This document shows, in pieces, positions 12,719-25,498 of a stretch of DNA of 64,000 bases. This stretch comes from Podarcis cretensis. Lineage: Eukaryota. The DNA is taken from contig OX638151.1 of assembly GCA_951804945.1 (NCBI GenBank), forward strand, positions 60,512,001 through 60,576,000. Reading direction: 5' to 3'. The position numbers and the translations under genes were made by a program. Within the stretch, counting starts at the first letter, position 1. Each line of letters begins with the position of its first letter. The notes under the pieces were generated by a model. That model was given only the letters and a program-made list of their open reading frames with translations. It did no database searches and was not told the origin of the DNA.

Positions 12719-13014
12719 GGGACGCGGGTGGTGCTGTGGGTTAAACCACAGAGCCTAGGACTTGCTGATCAGAAGGTCAGCGATTTGAATCCCCGCAACG
12801 GGGTGAGCTCCCATTGCTCGGTCCCTGCTCCTGCCAACCTAGCAGTTTGAAAGCACGTCAAAGTGCAAGTAGATAAATAGGTACCACACCTGCAGGAAGG
12901 TAAACGGTGTTTCCGTGCTCTGCTCTGGTTCCCTTGGCCAATAAAGTGAGATGAGCGCCGCAACCCCAGAGTTGGTCACTACTGGACCTAATGGTGAGGG
13001 GTCCCTTTACCTTT
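12719..13014 (+). mobile_element. Sauria SINE
   Basis: GGGACGCGGGTGGTGCTGTGGGTTAAACC head and CCTTTACCTTT tail. 13-bp TSD TACTATT(T/C)GTATT at 12704-12716 and 13014-13026. Confidence 0.92.
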
Positions 13015-13044
13015 ACTATTCGTATTAGTGCACCTTAGCTGTTA

Positions 13045-13112
13045 TTTCTGCATTGCAGGAGTTTGGACTAGATGACCCTTGGGATCCCTTACAACCCTAC
13101 AACTCTGTGAGT
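13045..13112 (+). mobile_element. CR1-type 3' tail
   Basis: TTGGACTAGATGACCCTTGGGATCCCTTACAACCCTACAACTCTGTGA. A similar tail lies on the - strand at ~58395-58470. Confidence 0.7.
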
Positions 13113-13251
13113 CTTTGTCATGACTCCTCAGGGTCCAACCCTCCATCTTCAGGGCCTGAGGCTGAGATATCAGAATAGGAGAGGAAATTGCCCTCAGAGC
13201 TAGCCCAGTATGCCCCTACAACCTCAGAAGCACTACCACAAGAAGAGACTA

Positions 13252-13332
13252 CAGTGTTACAGACTCCGCTAACCCAGAAATAGTACCTCGGGCTAAGAAC
13301 TTTGCTTCAGGATGAGAACAGAAATCGCACTG
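13252..13332. mobile_element. 81-bp deletion derivative of the 10290-10514 MITE
   Basis: TA|CAGTG...CACTG|TA; the interior is nearly identical to 10321-10390. Confidence 0.85.
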
Positions 13333-15911
13333 TACTGTGCCAGCACCACTCCAATTTGAGGAGGTTGCAATTTCCTTGCTCTGACTCCAAGGACTTCAGC
13401 CTAGAAACTCCAGAAGAACTACAATCTCCACAGTACTACTGGATTTAACAGCTGATAAAGCAGCCTAGGCCCCTATAATTGAAGAGATTCCTCCCATTGA
13501 AGGCAGAGACAGCCACCCGCATGGAAATGTCCGTCCATTTGAGTTTCAGTCTGGGATTGCTAATTGCTGCAGCCACCTTTCAGCCTTGATCTTGGTCTGC
13601 AGCCTGAGTGCAATGTGGAGCTGTCCATGGTGCTGTCTGAATCCCAAATTCTTGCTTCACATGGACCTTATCCTATTTTGCCTCACTGTGGTCTGCTCTG
13701 CTGAAACTAAAATTTTTGCCTTAGCTTCAAGCTTGGGCCAAAACCTCAATATGGCAGTGGCCATTGCTTGGAACAGACAGAACAGGACTACTTCCATGTA
13801 TTCATATGGATTCAAAAAGTTCTATGATTTATTTATGCATTTCTTTTTTCAAATTATGTCCCACCCTTCCTTCCTTTCAGCATACAGTTTATCATGCTTT
13901 TTTGTTTGCACCAGATGTATATGTCTGATTTGGGCTAATACCCTGGGGTGGTATTGTGGCTTATTATTCTTTCCCTCCGTTTTCATGGGTGATTTATAGA
14001 GGAACAAAGGCACAGAAATACATAAAGGGTGGTGTGGTGACATGTCTGATGATCTGCTGTTGTGTCATCATGGTCAGTGGTATGAATGAAATTTAGCACA
14101 GCACAACACTATATAGTGAACACAAAAAAAAACAACCCACTGTTCCACAACACAACAGGTAATGCAGTATATATATATTATATATATATATATATATAAA
14201 ATTGGGGCAGAAGCACTAGCATTATAACCAGGAAAACTAATGCAATAATCCTCAAATCTAAATGAATCCATAGTTTTATAAATAAATTAATACAATACTG
14301 TACAAGGTTTGATAAAACTATGTAGTTATCTCAGTTTAGTTACAGAAGAAAGGGTGAAGAGTTTCTTAAAAGTTCACTTAAAATATTTTGGATAGATTAT
14401 ATTTATATTTGAGACATAGTCCCAGAGTCATCTGGAAAGTAGCAGGAGGAGCATTTTTGCTTTTATAGTTTGAAATTAATGGAGAAGCCACAGGTATTTC
14501 CCACCAACCTTTAAATACGGTTGAATATGATTTCTGGGAAGGCAAGGGGGAAATACTGAATGGTGCTTAGTGTATTTTGGTGATGAGTGTTCTGCCTTTT
14601 GCAGATTGGTTTTATTTCTTCCTCTTTGGATGCACTTGATTTTTTTATTTTCTTGCTGGAATGATTTTCATGGCTTCTCCTGAAAGAACCAGAGCTCCAG
14701 AAAAACTTTTATTGTTGAACTGCAGTGTATATACTGCTTGGCTTTAAACAATGTCTTTGAGAAATCTCACAAGATAAAACAAATCTAGGTTGCCTCATTT
14801 TACACCTTCTGCTGCTTAAGCTGGTAAGCCGTGTGGGAATATAAAACCAATATACTGTAGCTTCAAAATGAAAGAAGAGAGAGGGAAAGCTCTTTAAAGG
14901 CACAGGAGGATAAATCAAGACTGGTTTGTGCAGTGCGAAAAAAGCAGGAAAAGAGTATAAGCAATCCAGGCATCTTCTCTAGCATAAAACTTGGCAGATC
15001 TTGCCACACTTCTTGAGGAATAATAGAGTGGGCTGCAATGAGGTATTAGTTAGGGAAAGACCAGGCTTGTACACTAAATGCAATTAAGAATAGAAAAGAA
15101 AAGAATAGGTTGCCAGGTGCTTGTTGAAGAGCCAGGGCCCATTGGTAGAGCATCTGCTTTGGATGTCAAGGTCCCAGGTTCAATCCCTGGTAACTGCAGG
15201 TAGGGCTAGGAGAGATCCCAGCCTGACTCAGTATTAGGCATATTCCTATGATCTTAAAAGGGACAAGCATGTGCTACAATCTATTGGATCTGGTGCACAT
15301 GCTAGGATGCCAGTGACGTCCAAATGTCTGTGGTTGCAAAGGCCATTCTGACTGACAAAAATAATGCAGGCAGTGGTACAGCTAAGATAATTTTAGACTT
15401 TATGATCTTCCAGGTAGAAACATAGTGCACAATTTCTAATTTCCCATTACCACCTTCCATGCTCTACAATTGCTTCTACAATCCTGATATGTTAAGAGCA
15501 AAAGATGAACAGTTTATCATCATTTTCCCCACCACAACCAAAAATCCCACAGGGATTTGCAGTTTCATATTTTGAACTCACATAATACATTGCACCATTA
15601 TGGTTACGGGAACAAAATGGAGTCTGCTTCTGCTGCCCTGATTCTAGACACACTCACTTGGGCATAAACACCATTTTGTTATAGAAAGCATAGTATAATT
15701 TAAAACTAAAAATAAAAAAATAACCACCTGAAACCCATTCAGCTTCTTCCTGGAACTCCCATCAACACCAATAATCTCAGTAATTTAGCCATCATCCCAG
15801 CCTGTGAGACTTAATTGTCTTTAATTGGGGGACACTGTTTCAGTGTCCTAAGTTACTGTAACAATGAGTTCTAGATGGGAGACAGTCCCCAAAACTCAAA
15901 TTCACAATGAC

Positions 15912-16137
15912 GGGTGGAATTCAGCATCGCACAAAGGTGATAATTCCATCAGTGCAAGCATTTCTGCTTGCCAGATATAACAATCTCCATTTTCCTCTCT
16001 TTACACACTGTTTGGGGGCTTCTCCTGACCCTCTAGATTTTGAGAGGGTGAGGGGAGTGGGGGGGGGGGAGAGAGAGGAAAGTACGACTTGTTGCACAGG
16101 CCTCCTCTAGCGTAACAATTTAGTTGAATCTGGCCCC
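15912..16137. mobile_element. Old fold-back DNA element (Harbinger-like ends)
   Basis: Termini GGGTGGAATTCAGC...GTTGAATCTGGCCC; shares internal blocks with 12005-12220. Confidence 0.55.
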
Positions 16138-18243
16138 AAATACTCCAGCAGTAGCTTCTGGCATTCTGGGACTTTTGACCACATAGACCAGTGCACATTT
16201 GACAAGGGCTTAGTCATAATTAGGCATGCATACACGTCAGACTTGAGCTATATATAACATCTGCCACAGGGAACAGCATCCTCATGGCAAATGGGAATTT
16301 TCCTTCACTCACTCTGCAGTTCATGGTCATCACTGAGTGATTTTCTTGGTTATGTCAGCAGCAGCACAGAGCAGGTATGGAAAAACTTACAGCATGGTGT
16401 GGGAGACTTTGCACAGGTATGCTGATCCCCGCAGTAAATGTGTAATGGCCATATCCCAGCTCCCTGGGTCCTGTGCCTCCTGGGGAAGGGAGGATTGGCC
16501 ACAACAATGGGTGCCCCTCTTTTGTATCCTTCCCATTAAATGCACTTGCAGAGACCAGATAACAGATCAATTATTTACCAGCCTGCCTCTTATTTAACTT
16601 CCCTAAGGTTTCCCTCTGAAACCTCCTTGGGTAGCATAAGGCTAAAGTTATATAGGCCTTAAGCTGAGGCCACACAGGGCTTATGAAAAAGAAATGAGTT
16701 TACAAAGGAAAAATAATATATGACAAGTGAATGTTACAGAGAAAGAAATCTGAGGCCCTCACATTCCTGAAACCCAACATATTCCACTGAAGCAAAAACA
16801 AATCCAAATTGGAAAAATTCAATCCCCTAGCCCTAGTCCAGAATATTCCCCAACTCACCAGGCTCTTAGCAGGGTTTTTCTTGCTTGTAAGCAGGCCTTT
16901 TGATCCTTGGAGTCTTGCTCCCAGGCTTTCCAAAACTTATTAATATCACTTGGGAGCTCCTACATTTGCCCACCTCCTGGTTGTCTGTCTGTTTTAAAAG
17001 ACTTTCCTCATCAATCTTGTGTTTTTCCCCTTGGGATACCTGCTCAAGTAAGTTTAGAACTTTAAAATTTCCTGTCATGAGAGACAGGTGTGCCATTCTG
17101 CACATATGCAATGGAGTTTTGCTGCCTCAGGGCATAGCTAGTTAACCCCATAATCCCCACATGGAGAAAGCAGAAGCATTTACATCCCCTTGCCAGATGC
17201 AGCAAGATATATTGACCAGCGGCACACAACTGTAGTTCAATTCCTTCACAGGATGGAATGTGCAGCCCATGCCTAATATTAGTGGCCATGTGTTCTGAGA
17301 AACCGTATTAGATCTTAAATTTCTCAGCAATTTTCTCTACTACAGGTGATATGCCTATCTCCAGAAGCTCCCTGAGAAACAGGGGAAAAATAAGCAGCCG
17401 TAGCCAGTTCAGAACAGAGCTGAATTCTAAAGAACAAAGAAGCACACCTTCCCAATAATTAAGCTGGGGAAGTGATAGATTCAGAAGGAGTGAAATCAGC
17501 ACAGGGAAGTTCTATTTTCCATGTTAGCCTGAAAGAGTAAGTAGATGACCTGTGCTTTTTGTCCATTTCTTCTTTTTTGCTTGTAGGATAAAAGCAATCT
17601 GTCAGTAGAAAACGACAAGCTTCCTTCTTAATGAATTACCTGCTTCATTGTCATCGTAATGTGGAGATGGTGGAGGAAATCTCTTAATATTCATTTCCCA
17701 AAGCACATCCACTTAATCACATTTTGTTATAGGTGTTGGCAGATCATCTGTCAAAATGAATTAGTGGGAAATGTAGTGCTTTAGTTTTGCAAATAATAAG
17801 TTTGCCGTGACATTTCGGTTTCCTTTCAAGCTCTGCTCAGTCCCTGATTTATGCCATCTTCTACTACTCTCTGCCAATTTGATGCCTGCTTCCAATCAAA
17901 CATCTACAACGGGTGGGGCAGAAATGTCTGTTTTTATTGTTTCATAAAGGCATTGTGTAGGTATGTCACAGAGTGTGGCCTCACAGTTCACAATTTGTTC
18001 CTCTATATCTATATATACCTCTGCCAAGAAAATCCTTAAGGAGTCGCAATACTCTTTCCTGATTTTGCTGCAAGACCAACAACATAAAAAGAGTTGGTCA
18101 GGCCAAATTGCCTATCTAGTCCACCATTCTGATCTCACAGTGGCTAACCAAATGCCTGTAGAAAACCTGCAAGCAGAATTCAAGCACAGGCGCACCGTTT
18201 ACCCCACCCATGGATTCCAGAAAATGGTATTCAGAAGCATTAC

Positions 18244-18367
18244 CAGTGCTTCTTTTCTAGAAAAAGTACTCGCCATGAAGTTGTCACAGTAAGTTAGGTT
18301 TTTAACAACAACAACAACAAGGTGCCGGTACTGCATACCCTTGAGTGCCCCCTGAAAAAAAGCACTG
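18244..18367. mobile_element. hAT-superfamily MITE
   Basis: TIRs CAGTGCTTCTTTT / AAAAAAAGCACTG with a perfect 8-bp TSD AGCATTAC (18236-18243 and 18368-18375). Nested in an older retroelement tail (~18080-18390). Confidence 0.88.
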
Positions 18368-19990
18368 AGCATTACTACCTCTGACTAGCCTACCCCAGGG
18401 ATTTCTTTAAGTTTCCGTGCAATAGATTTAGCTAGTAATAAGTGTGTGAGTGATATTTATAGAGACAGGTGCAGTTAAAAGCAGAGGCTGAGGGATTGTG
18501 TTTCATTGCAAAAAACCAAGGTTTAAATCATAATCTACTTACAAAACTCTGGGTGACCATAGTCAAATGACTGTCTCTCAGCCTAACCTGCCTTCCAGGG
18601 TTAAGAGCAGCTTAATCCACCCAGAAGAAAGGAATGTCCAAATGTAACTGATAATTGTCCACTTTGATTAGTTCTGATGAGAAATTAAAACTTTTTTTAA
18701 AAACCACCTTGAGAGAAATTGTTTATGAGGAGGGCTTGAATGTGTGTGCATATCAGCGGATTTCTGTTTGAAAAGAAATGATTTCTTTTTTAAAAAATTG
18801 TCTTAGTCATACAATCAAATATTTTTCTTCTTCTGTATACTTTGTCTTCCTTTTTAAAAATTTTTGTTGAAGAATGGCATATTTATGATGCAATATTTGA
18901 AGAATGGTTGTCTGGTGGGAAACAGCTATTTTGTCCACCCTGGAAGCTAGCTTTATTGAGATTCAAATGTTTTTTAAAATACCGGTATGCATTTTGCTTT
19001 TAAGTATTAATTAATTTAAAGGTGCAGGATGCTTCAGATTGATGACAAATATTTAGGGGAATGAAAGCTGTGGATGGAAAATAGTATAGATGCTCTATAT
19101 CGGTTTGGAATTCAGAAGGCAAAGAAATAGTGTTTGTTAGTACAAGCTTGGGTCCTCTTATGCCCATTTTAGTGCAGGTGTGGATGGACTATAGCATTTA
19201 AGCCAGTGAAGCCATAATGCGGCTGCATACATGCATGGCCTTTGTGATTTTTAGTCTAACGCTGGCTATAGAAACACTAGTTGTGCTGTGCATTGCTATA
19301 TATCAATACCTCAAGCTAAGTGAAACAATCATAGGCATAATAGAGCCAACCCTCCTAGGAAATCAAGATGTTCTCTATGTTTCATTAAAAAGAAAAAGAA
19401 ACTAGGGCACAGTTAAAAGTAACACCAGGTCAGCTGAACAAGCAAAAAACTTCCCTCTGCTCTTTCATTTCCCAAATAGGAAGAACAAACATTCCAGAAC
19501 AAATGTCAGTTTCTTGGTTCTGTAAGAATGAATCTCCCTCAAACCACAGAGTAACATTAATAAAACACTAAAAGTGAAAGGATAATTTTATGCTGGTGGT
19601 TCTTAGGCTCTGAAATGCAGGTGAGGTGTGTGACAGCAAACTTGTCAAGTGCTTCAGAGCAGCTTTTTAGCTCCTCCAAAGCAACCCACTTCATTTCAAA
19701 ACCCAGGGTTTTTCCAGATCCAATGCACTCCATTTGACATTCTTACATTTCCTTGGGTTTGCATTTTCACAATCTGATTCAGTTTATTAATTGTGTTACC
19801 TAGTGGCCATAGCAAAACCAAATACTGTAAATTGCTGCACTCTAGTATGACACTTTAGCAATGGAACTGAAGGTCAAACTACGCAGGAAGAAGAGCACTC
19901 CATTCTCAGTGGTTCACATTAGGTTTGATGAGACAAGGTACCAAGTGTTGCCTGCCAGAACAATTACAGACATGCATTTTTATTGTCTCT

Positions 19991-20055
19991 CTTCTTCTTC
20001 TTCTTCTTCTTCTTCTTCTTCTTCTTCTTCTTCTTCTTCTTCTTCTTCTTCTTCT
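19991..20055. repeat. (CTT)21 microsatellite, i.e. (GAA)n on the GRM1 sense strand
   Basis: Uninterrupted trinucleotide run. Confidence 0.98.
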
Positions 20056-23000
20056 GGCAAATGTATGAACTGTTGCTTCTTAATGAGAAGGAAACCTCAC
20101 TCAAGTATAGAAAGGCTGGAAAATGGCCCATGGTGAATGTGCTGAACACAAGAATGGAGGAAACTATCAGACCTGAATGTGGATTGAAGCTCTGGGTGCT
20201 TTCTGAATGATAGGAAAGAACCTGTTATTTTCAAGACAAGTGGTACTCGCCATTTCAACAGCGTAGCTTTCACTGTTCTCCAAAGGTGCTTTGAGAAAGA
20301 TCATAGAGAGCTGCTTTAAGCTCTCAGTACTGACAAAACTGCCAAGCATGGGCTCTACCAATGAGCCATGACCCTTCCCAAAGTGTGTCTGACGTTACCT
20401 TATGCTCCATTGTGATAGCTGAACACCAAAAGACATGATTCTGCTAAAAGAGAAGTCATATGCATATTCTTGTTAGAAAACACTATACGTGGGACTCAAT
20501 CAATGTGTTAATTAGCACCGTGCGAGAAGCGTGAAAATGTTCAAATATGCAATAAAATTTAGGAAAAAACACTTCAGGGAATGTGTAAGGTGTAGTGTTC
20601 ATTAGGGAACTTTTTTAATTGCAAAAAAATGGTCTGTGCATCTAATAGATTGAAAACCTTTATGCAACCACGAGAAATACAGGGTATCTTTTTTTGATAT
20701 GTGAATACCTTTATGAAAAGAGAGAAGAGTCCCTGATGTGAGCTATTCTATTCAGGAAGGGTAACTCAGCGTGACATGTGAGGGGTCTGTGGTCTGTGTG
20801 TGGGGTGCTCAGTCTGCTATCCAGGAGAAGAGTCCTGCTCTGCTTTATTATCATTCTTGATCTTTAAACTAAGCAGGTACAATCCTTTCAATAAAGATCA
20901 CCTTTAAAAACAGGCTGTCCTCTGTACAGTACATGGCCACTTTAATGGGAAGGAAAGATCCAAACACAGCAGACAGCCACCATGAGCATTTTTATGAAAG
21001 AAAAATGTGGTAGAAAAAATACGCTGTCTTTTATCATAAACACTTATTTATAGATGGTATACAATTAAACAACTTTTAACACATTACATTGCAATCCTAA
21101 ACAAGTCTGCTGAGAATCCTATTGAATTTACTGTACAGGGGTAAATCCTAGGAAAATGGAGTTAGGATTTCAACCTCAGTCTATGTTTATGTTACTTTAA
21201 TTGTTCTGAATTGATCTGAAAGAGAGAAGGCGCGTAAGCCGCCTTGCCATAAAATGTTTGTTTTTTCATCTGCTTAGGAAAAGTTTTCTTAACATTTAAG
21301 GGGGGGGGAGAGAAATCACTGATTTCCTCCTGGTGTGCATACCAGTTCTGTCGCCTGCAGGGGTAAGGCAGTTCCCCCTTTCAGTCTCCATGGGCAGTCA
21401 TTCAGGGAGCCTTTCTGCGGAGCCTCACAGTAGTGGTTTTAATTAATGCCATCTATGACAGTGGCTTCTGAGTTGTGAATGCCAGCTGCCTTAAAAACTC
21501 ACACAGAGCTCTAGCTCTTTCCACATGGTCTGCCTGGCAGCAGTTGGTTAGCAACAATATTCATTCACTTAGCTTGCTGTTAGCTGGGAGTAAGCCACAC
21601 AGAATGTAGCGGGGCTTACTTCTGAGTAGACCTGCTTAGGATCACACTTTCCAGAGTCTCAAAAATCCTGGAATGGTGACTTCGAGAGCCATGAAGGCTA
21701 CATTATTTATAAATGTTCTCCTTCTGGCAACAGAAATCCATCATCCAGTGATTTCACAATTTAAACCAAAAAATATTAAGATCTGCCTTCTTAAGTGTAG
21801 ACCAGAGCACCAGAAGCACAGCTGACCCATTTTGGAGGGATTCGGACTGATTAATACTTTATAAGTGGAAGGCAGTGAAACCAAATGCAAGCTTCTTGGA
21901 TGTAAATTTCCATTTCAGTGATTTTTTTTTCCTTAGTCCTACTTTTGCACATGCTCTCCTTATGTCAGCTCCCTTTGTTCCTTCCAGCTCCCATTTCTGT
22001 ACAATTTAGCCTCTTCCCTCATAACTGACTTCTGACCTGAAACCTGACCTCTTCCCACTTCCCTGTTTTCTTTGCCTCATGTGAATCTTTCATCATCTGG
22101 AGAAGGCCTGTCACTTCTGTGCTCCATACAGTGTCTGGCACACATCAGCTACTAAATACCATGGACCAGGGCAATCCCATGGTCTAGTTAAAGTAGGTTG
22201 TGCTATGCCAGGTCCTAATTGTAGTATAATGCAATCCTGTGCTCAACCAGCAGGAAAGTCAGAAGCACAGCAATGAAATGAGAGCAATACTGACAGCCAC
22301 TAGCACAGCATCCCTGGAAACATCATTGGCATGCATCAATCATGAGCTCACTTGCCAACAATGTCACCCCATATCAATGGATATCTAGTGCTGCTACCCT
22401 ACACAGCACACCCTCCCTTCTCTGTTACAGACACAAACCAAACCAGAGCTAGGCAATTAGGAAGAGGGAATGACCACACCAGCCCATGATGACCACCATG
22501 GCACAGTGGGGAAGAGAAAGCAACTGCTGCTATTAGGAGAAATTGAGGAATTACTTCTTTGTGAATTCAGATACAATTTGACCTGATCCACACTAACCTT
22601 CCAGGCTAATCTGCTCAACAGACCATCTCTGTTCTTTGGATTTCACATTTCTCTTGTGTGCAGCTCCTAATTCAAAAGGCACATCAGAGCGGTTTGAGAT
22701 ACTGTGCATTTAGCACTGTCTATTTTGTGAGAAAATACATTCCAGGCTACATGTTGAAATGCACCTTTTTTTCTGATTTTACTTTTTTAAAAAGAAAACA
22801 ATAATTGCAGATCAGTGCAGAAGCGAGGGAGAATGGACTTATGACAAAAGTGACACAGACCAGAAAGAGGCAGAACCCCCAACCTCCCCTTCTCTAGAGC
22901 AACCTTCTAAGAAAGCAAAAAGGCAGGCTCACGATGCAAGTCTTTGTAGTGTACTGAACTGGCAGTCAGAACAGGAATGCATTAGAACCAGTAAGACCTT

Positions 23001-24046
23001 GTTTCTCAGGTAAATGGACTTCATTGCCCAGTCCAGTCAGGAAGCCTTTTATAGCCATCACTTTCCAGGAGCATACATACATAATTTTATTTTCACACCA
23101 CCTTCCTATAGTTCAAGCCATGCTCAAGGCGGCTTTACAATATGAAAAGAATTCCATAATTATGAACATAACAAAAGTAGTCATAAACAATAAATAAAAC
23201 ATCAAAAAGTACACAACCAAATTAAACAACTCCCCACAACTCATAGTAAGTACTGAAATAAAGATACAGCAAATTAGCATCAATAACAGCAACAAATCCT
23301 CCCCCGCCAACAAAAACCCCTAAACAATGCCCCAGTGCAGCCCAAGAGTCTGTTCAGCAGTCTCAGCTTTTGTAGCTGGAGTCCTTCAGTGCCCCACCCT
23401 CCCAGGTCAGGTGGAAAAGGCAGGGAGCAGGACTCCCAGGACTCGCAGGACTCGCAGCCAAGAATGGCAGGCCTCAGGGAGGAGCTGGCAAGCCAGAGCC
23501 TGAGACTACTCCATGGCCAAGCTGCAGTTCTGATAGCTTATCACATGAGCTACTTTGCTGTCAGATGCTGCTGTCTGTAGCCTTTGACAGATGCACCACA
23601 CACCATGTTCCCACTTGTGCAATCTGCATGCTAGGGACAAGAAGACATAGTGCCACAAGCCCATGTGAAATTATAGTTTCCTGGCTCAGTCTTAAATGCC
23701 CCTGGAGGTGTGTTGTGAATTCTGGCCTCCACTGCAGCAGGGAGGACAGGGAGGGAACAGGTGGAGAATAGTCAGCTGGAACTGTTCATTGTAATCACAG
23801 TGTATTAAATTTCATCAACTCTTCCATAGACATCATGTGGAATGACTGAGTCTTGAGTGAGCATAAGGTTCCTCCTGATATTTCCCTTATCACAACCACA
23901 GTCTGCCCACTTTTTACCCTCCCATGTTGGTCATGCATAAAGGTCCTGCAGACATAGCACAAGAAGAAATGGTCCATTCATCCCAGGATGGTCTACAATG
24001 TTTGGCCAATAGCTCTCCAGAGTTGCAGGCTGGAGATATTCCCAGT

Positions 24047-24183
24047 CATAGAATCATAGAACTGTAGAGTTGGAAGGGACCCTGAGGATCATCTAATCCA
24101 ATCCCCCATAATGCAGGAATATGCAGCTGTCTCATAGGGGAATTGAACCTGCAACCTTGGCATTATCAGCCCCCCAACTGAGC
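24047..24183 (-). mobile_element. Short SINE with a tRNA head and CR1 tail, nested in a Squam3-like SINE
   Basis: Reverse complement: GCTCAGTTGG...CTGATAATGCCAAGGTTGCAGGTTCAATTCCC...GGGTCCCTTCCAACTCTACAGTTCTATGATTCTATG. Confidence 0.75.
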
Positions 24184-25498
24184 ATTCCTACCTAGAGATG
24201 TGGGGGTGGGGGTGGGCCTGGGACCTTCTGCATGCAAAGCAGGTACTGTACCCAGCTCTTCTCCAATGATGACACCAAAATGCATGGGACTTAAGAGGAC
24301 CATTCCTATCCTTGTCTAGGGCCTTAAGCAGGGAATGAGATTGTTCTACTGCTCCTATGGAGAAAGTGTTTTAGAACTAAACTGCAATTCCAGTAGAATA
24401 TAATTCTGCTTTTTGTTCCTTAAGGCAGGCATGGTCTTTTTTATGTCACGTAATGATTAAGAGGAGGTCTGCCCAACGTCTGACCTACAAATGCAGCCAC
24501 AAGTTATGTATGTTAGCCCACTAGAGGATCTTCCACCTTCTGCTTTTACTGCCTGCCTGGAACTGGGATTTGTCAAGCATCTGGCAGGCCACAGCACACG
24601 ACCGGTAAGCAACGTTTGGCTTGGTCAGCCACCAATGTGCAAGCCTGATTTAAAGAGCATTTCTGTCCCACTGCACAAAGCAGGGCAATATAATTAAAAA
24701 ACACATTTCTCAGCACTCAAAAATGTCAAGCTCACTTGGCAGTGCCAAAAGGATATATTTCCCTTGGAAATGAGATCATGCATACATTTAGCCATATTCC
24801 ATATTTTTCTCCTTATTGCATTAATTTGTGCATAGATATTATTTTCTTCAGAATCACCTTGTAGACTGATAGCCAGCCATGAACAACTATCACACAGCAA
24901 CACAGAAAGGTTCTTCGGTCTCAATGTTTAAATTAAAAATGATGCCAGGCATTACGCCGGAACTGCTTCAGAGACTTACATTTGTTGAAAACCAAAATGC
25001 ATCACATAAAAAACTAGGGAGGAAAACAGAGATTAGGGCAAATAATGAAGTGCTACAAAATCCATCAACAAGCAAAGGTAATAATTTAATCTTTTTTTTT
25101 TTTGCATTAATCTGCATATGTATAGATTCAGCACAGCCTGTAACACTTCCACAATCTGCCACATGCAAATTGTCATATGCACAGCAATAGAAGTGCTTGA
25201 TTAGAGGACTCCTTTGTGCTCCGGCACCAATCTGCATGCACAAGTAAATGCCTGATGGGCTAAAGGAAAGTGTGCATTGATATTTTAAGATTAATGGCAT
25301 CTGCTATCTAGAATAAAATGAAACTCAATTTCCTTTCCCATATTAATGAGAACCATCCTAAGACTAGTTTTCACACACACACTGCATCTTGCAGCTAGAC
25401 TAAATCAATAATGGCCAGCAAGAAGTAAGGGGTCTGCATCAGATCTGTACAATCAAGAATCAAAGTGAGCCACTTTGGACAGATTCAGGGCTTCTCTG

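Noticed and set aside
19861-20210. Poly-S, poly-K and poly-F ORFs
   Set aside because: Translations of the (CTT)n microsatellite.
23427-23457. 9-bp triplication CAGGACTC(C/G), plus small tandem duplications at ~44821-44870 and ~55933-55963
   Set aside because: Ordinary local slippage duplications with no sign of function.
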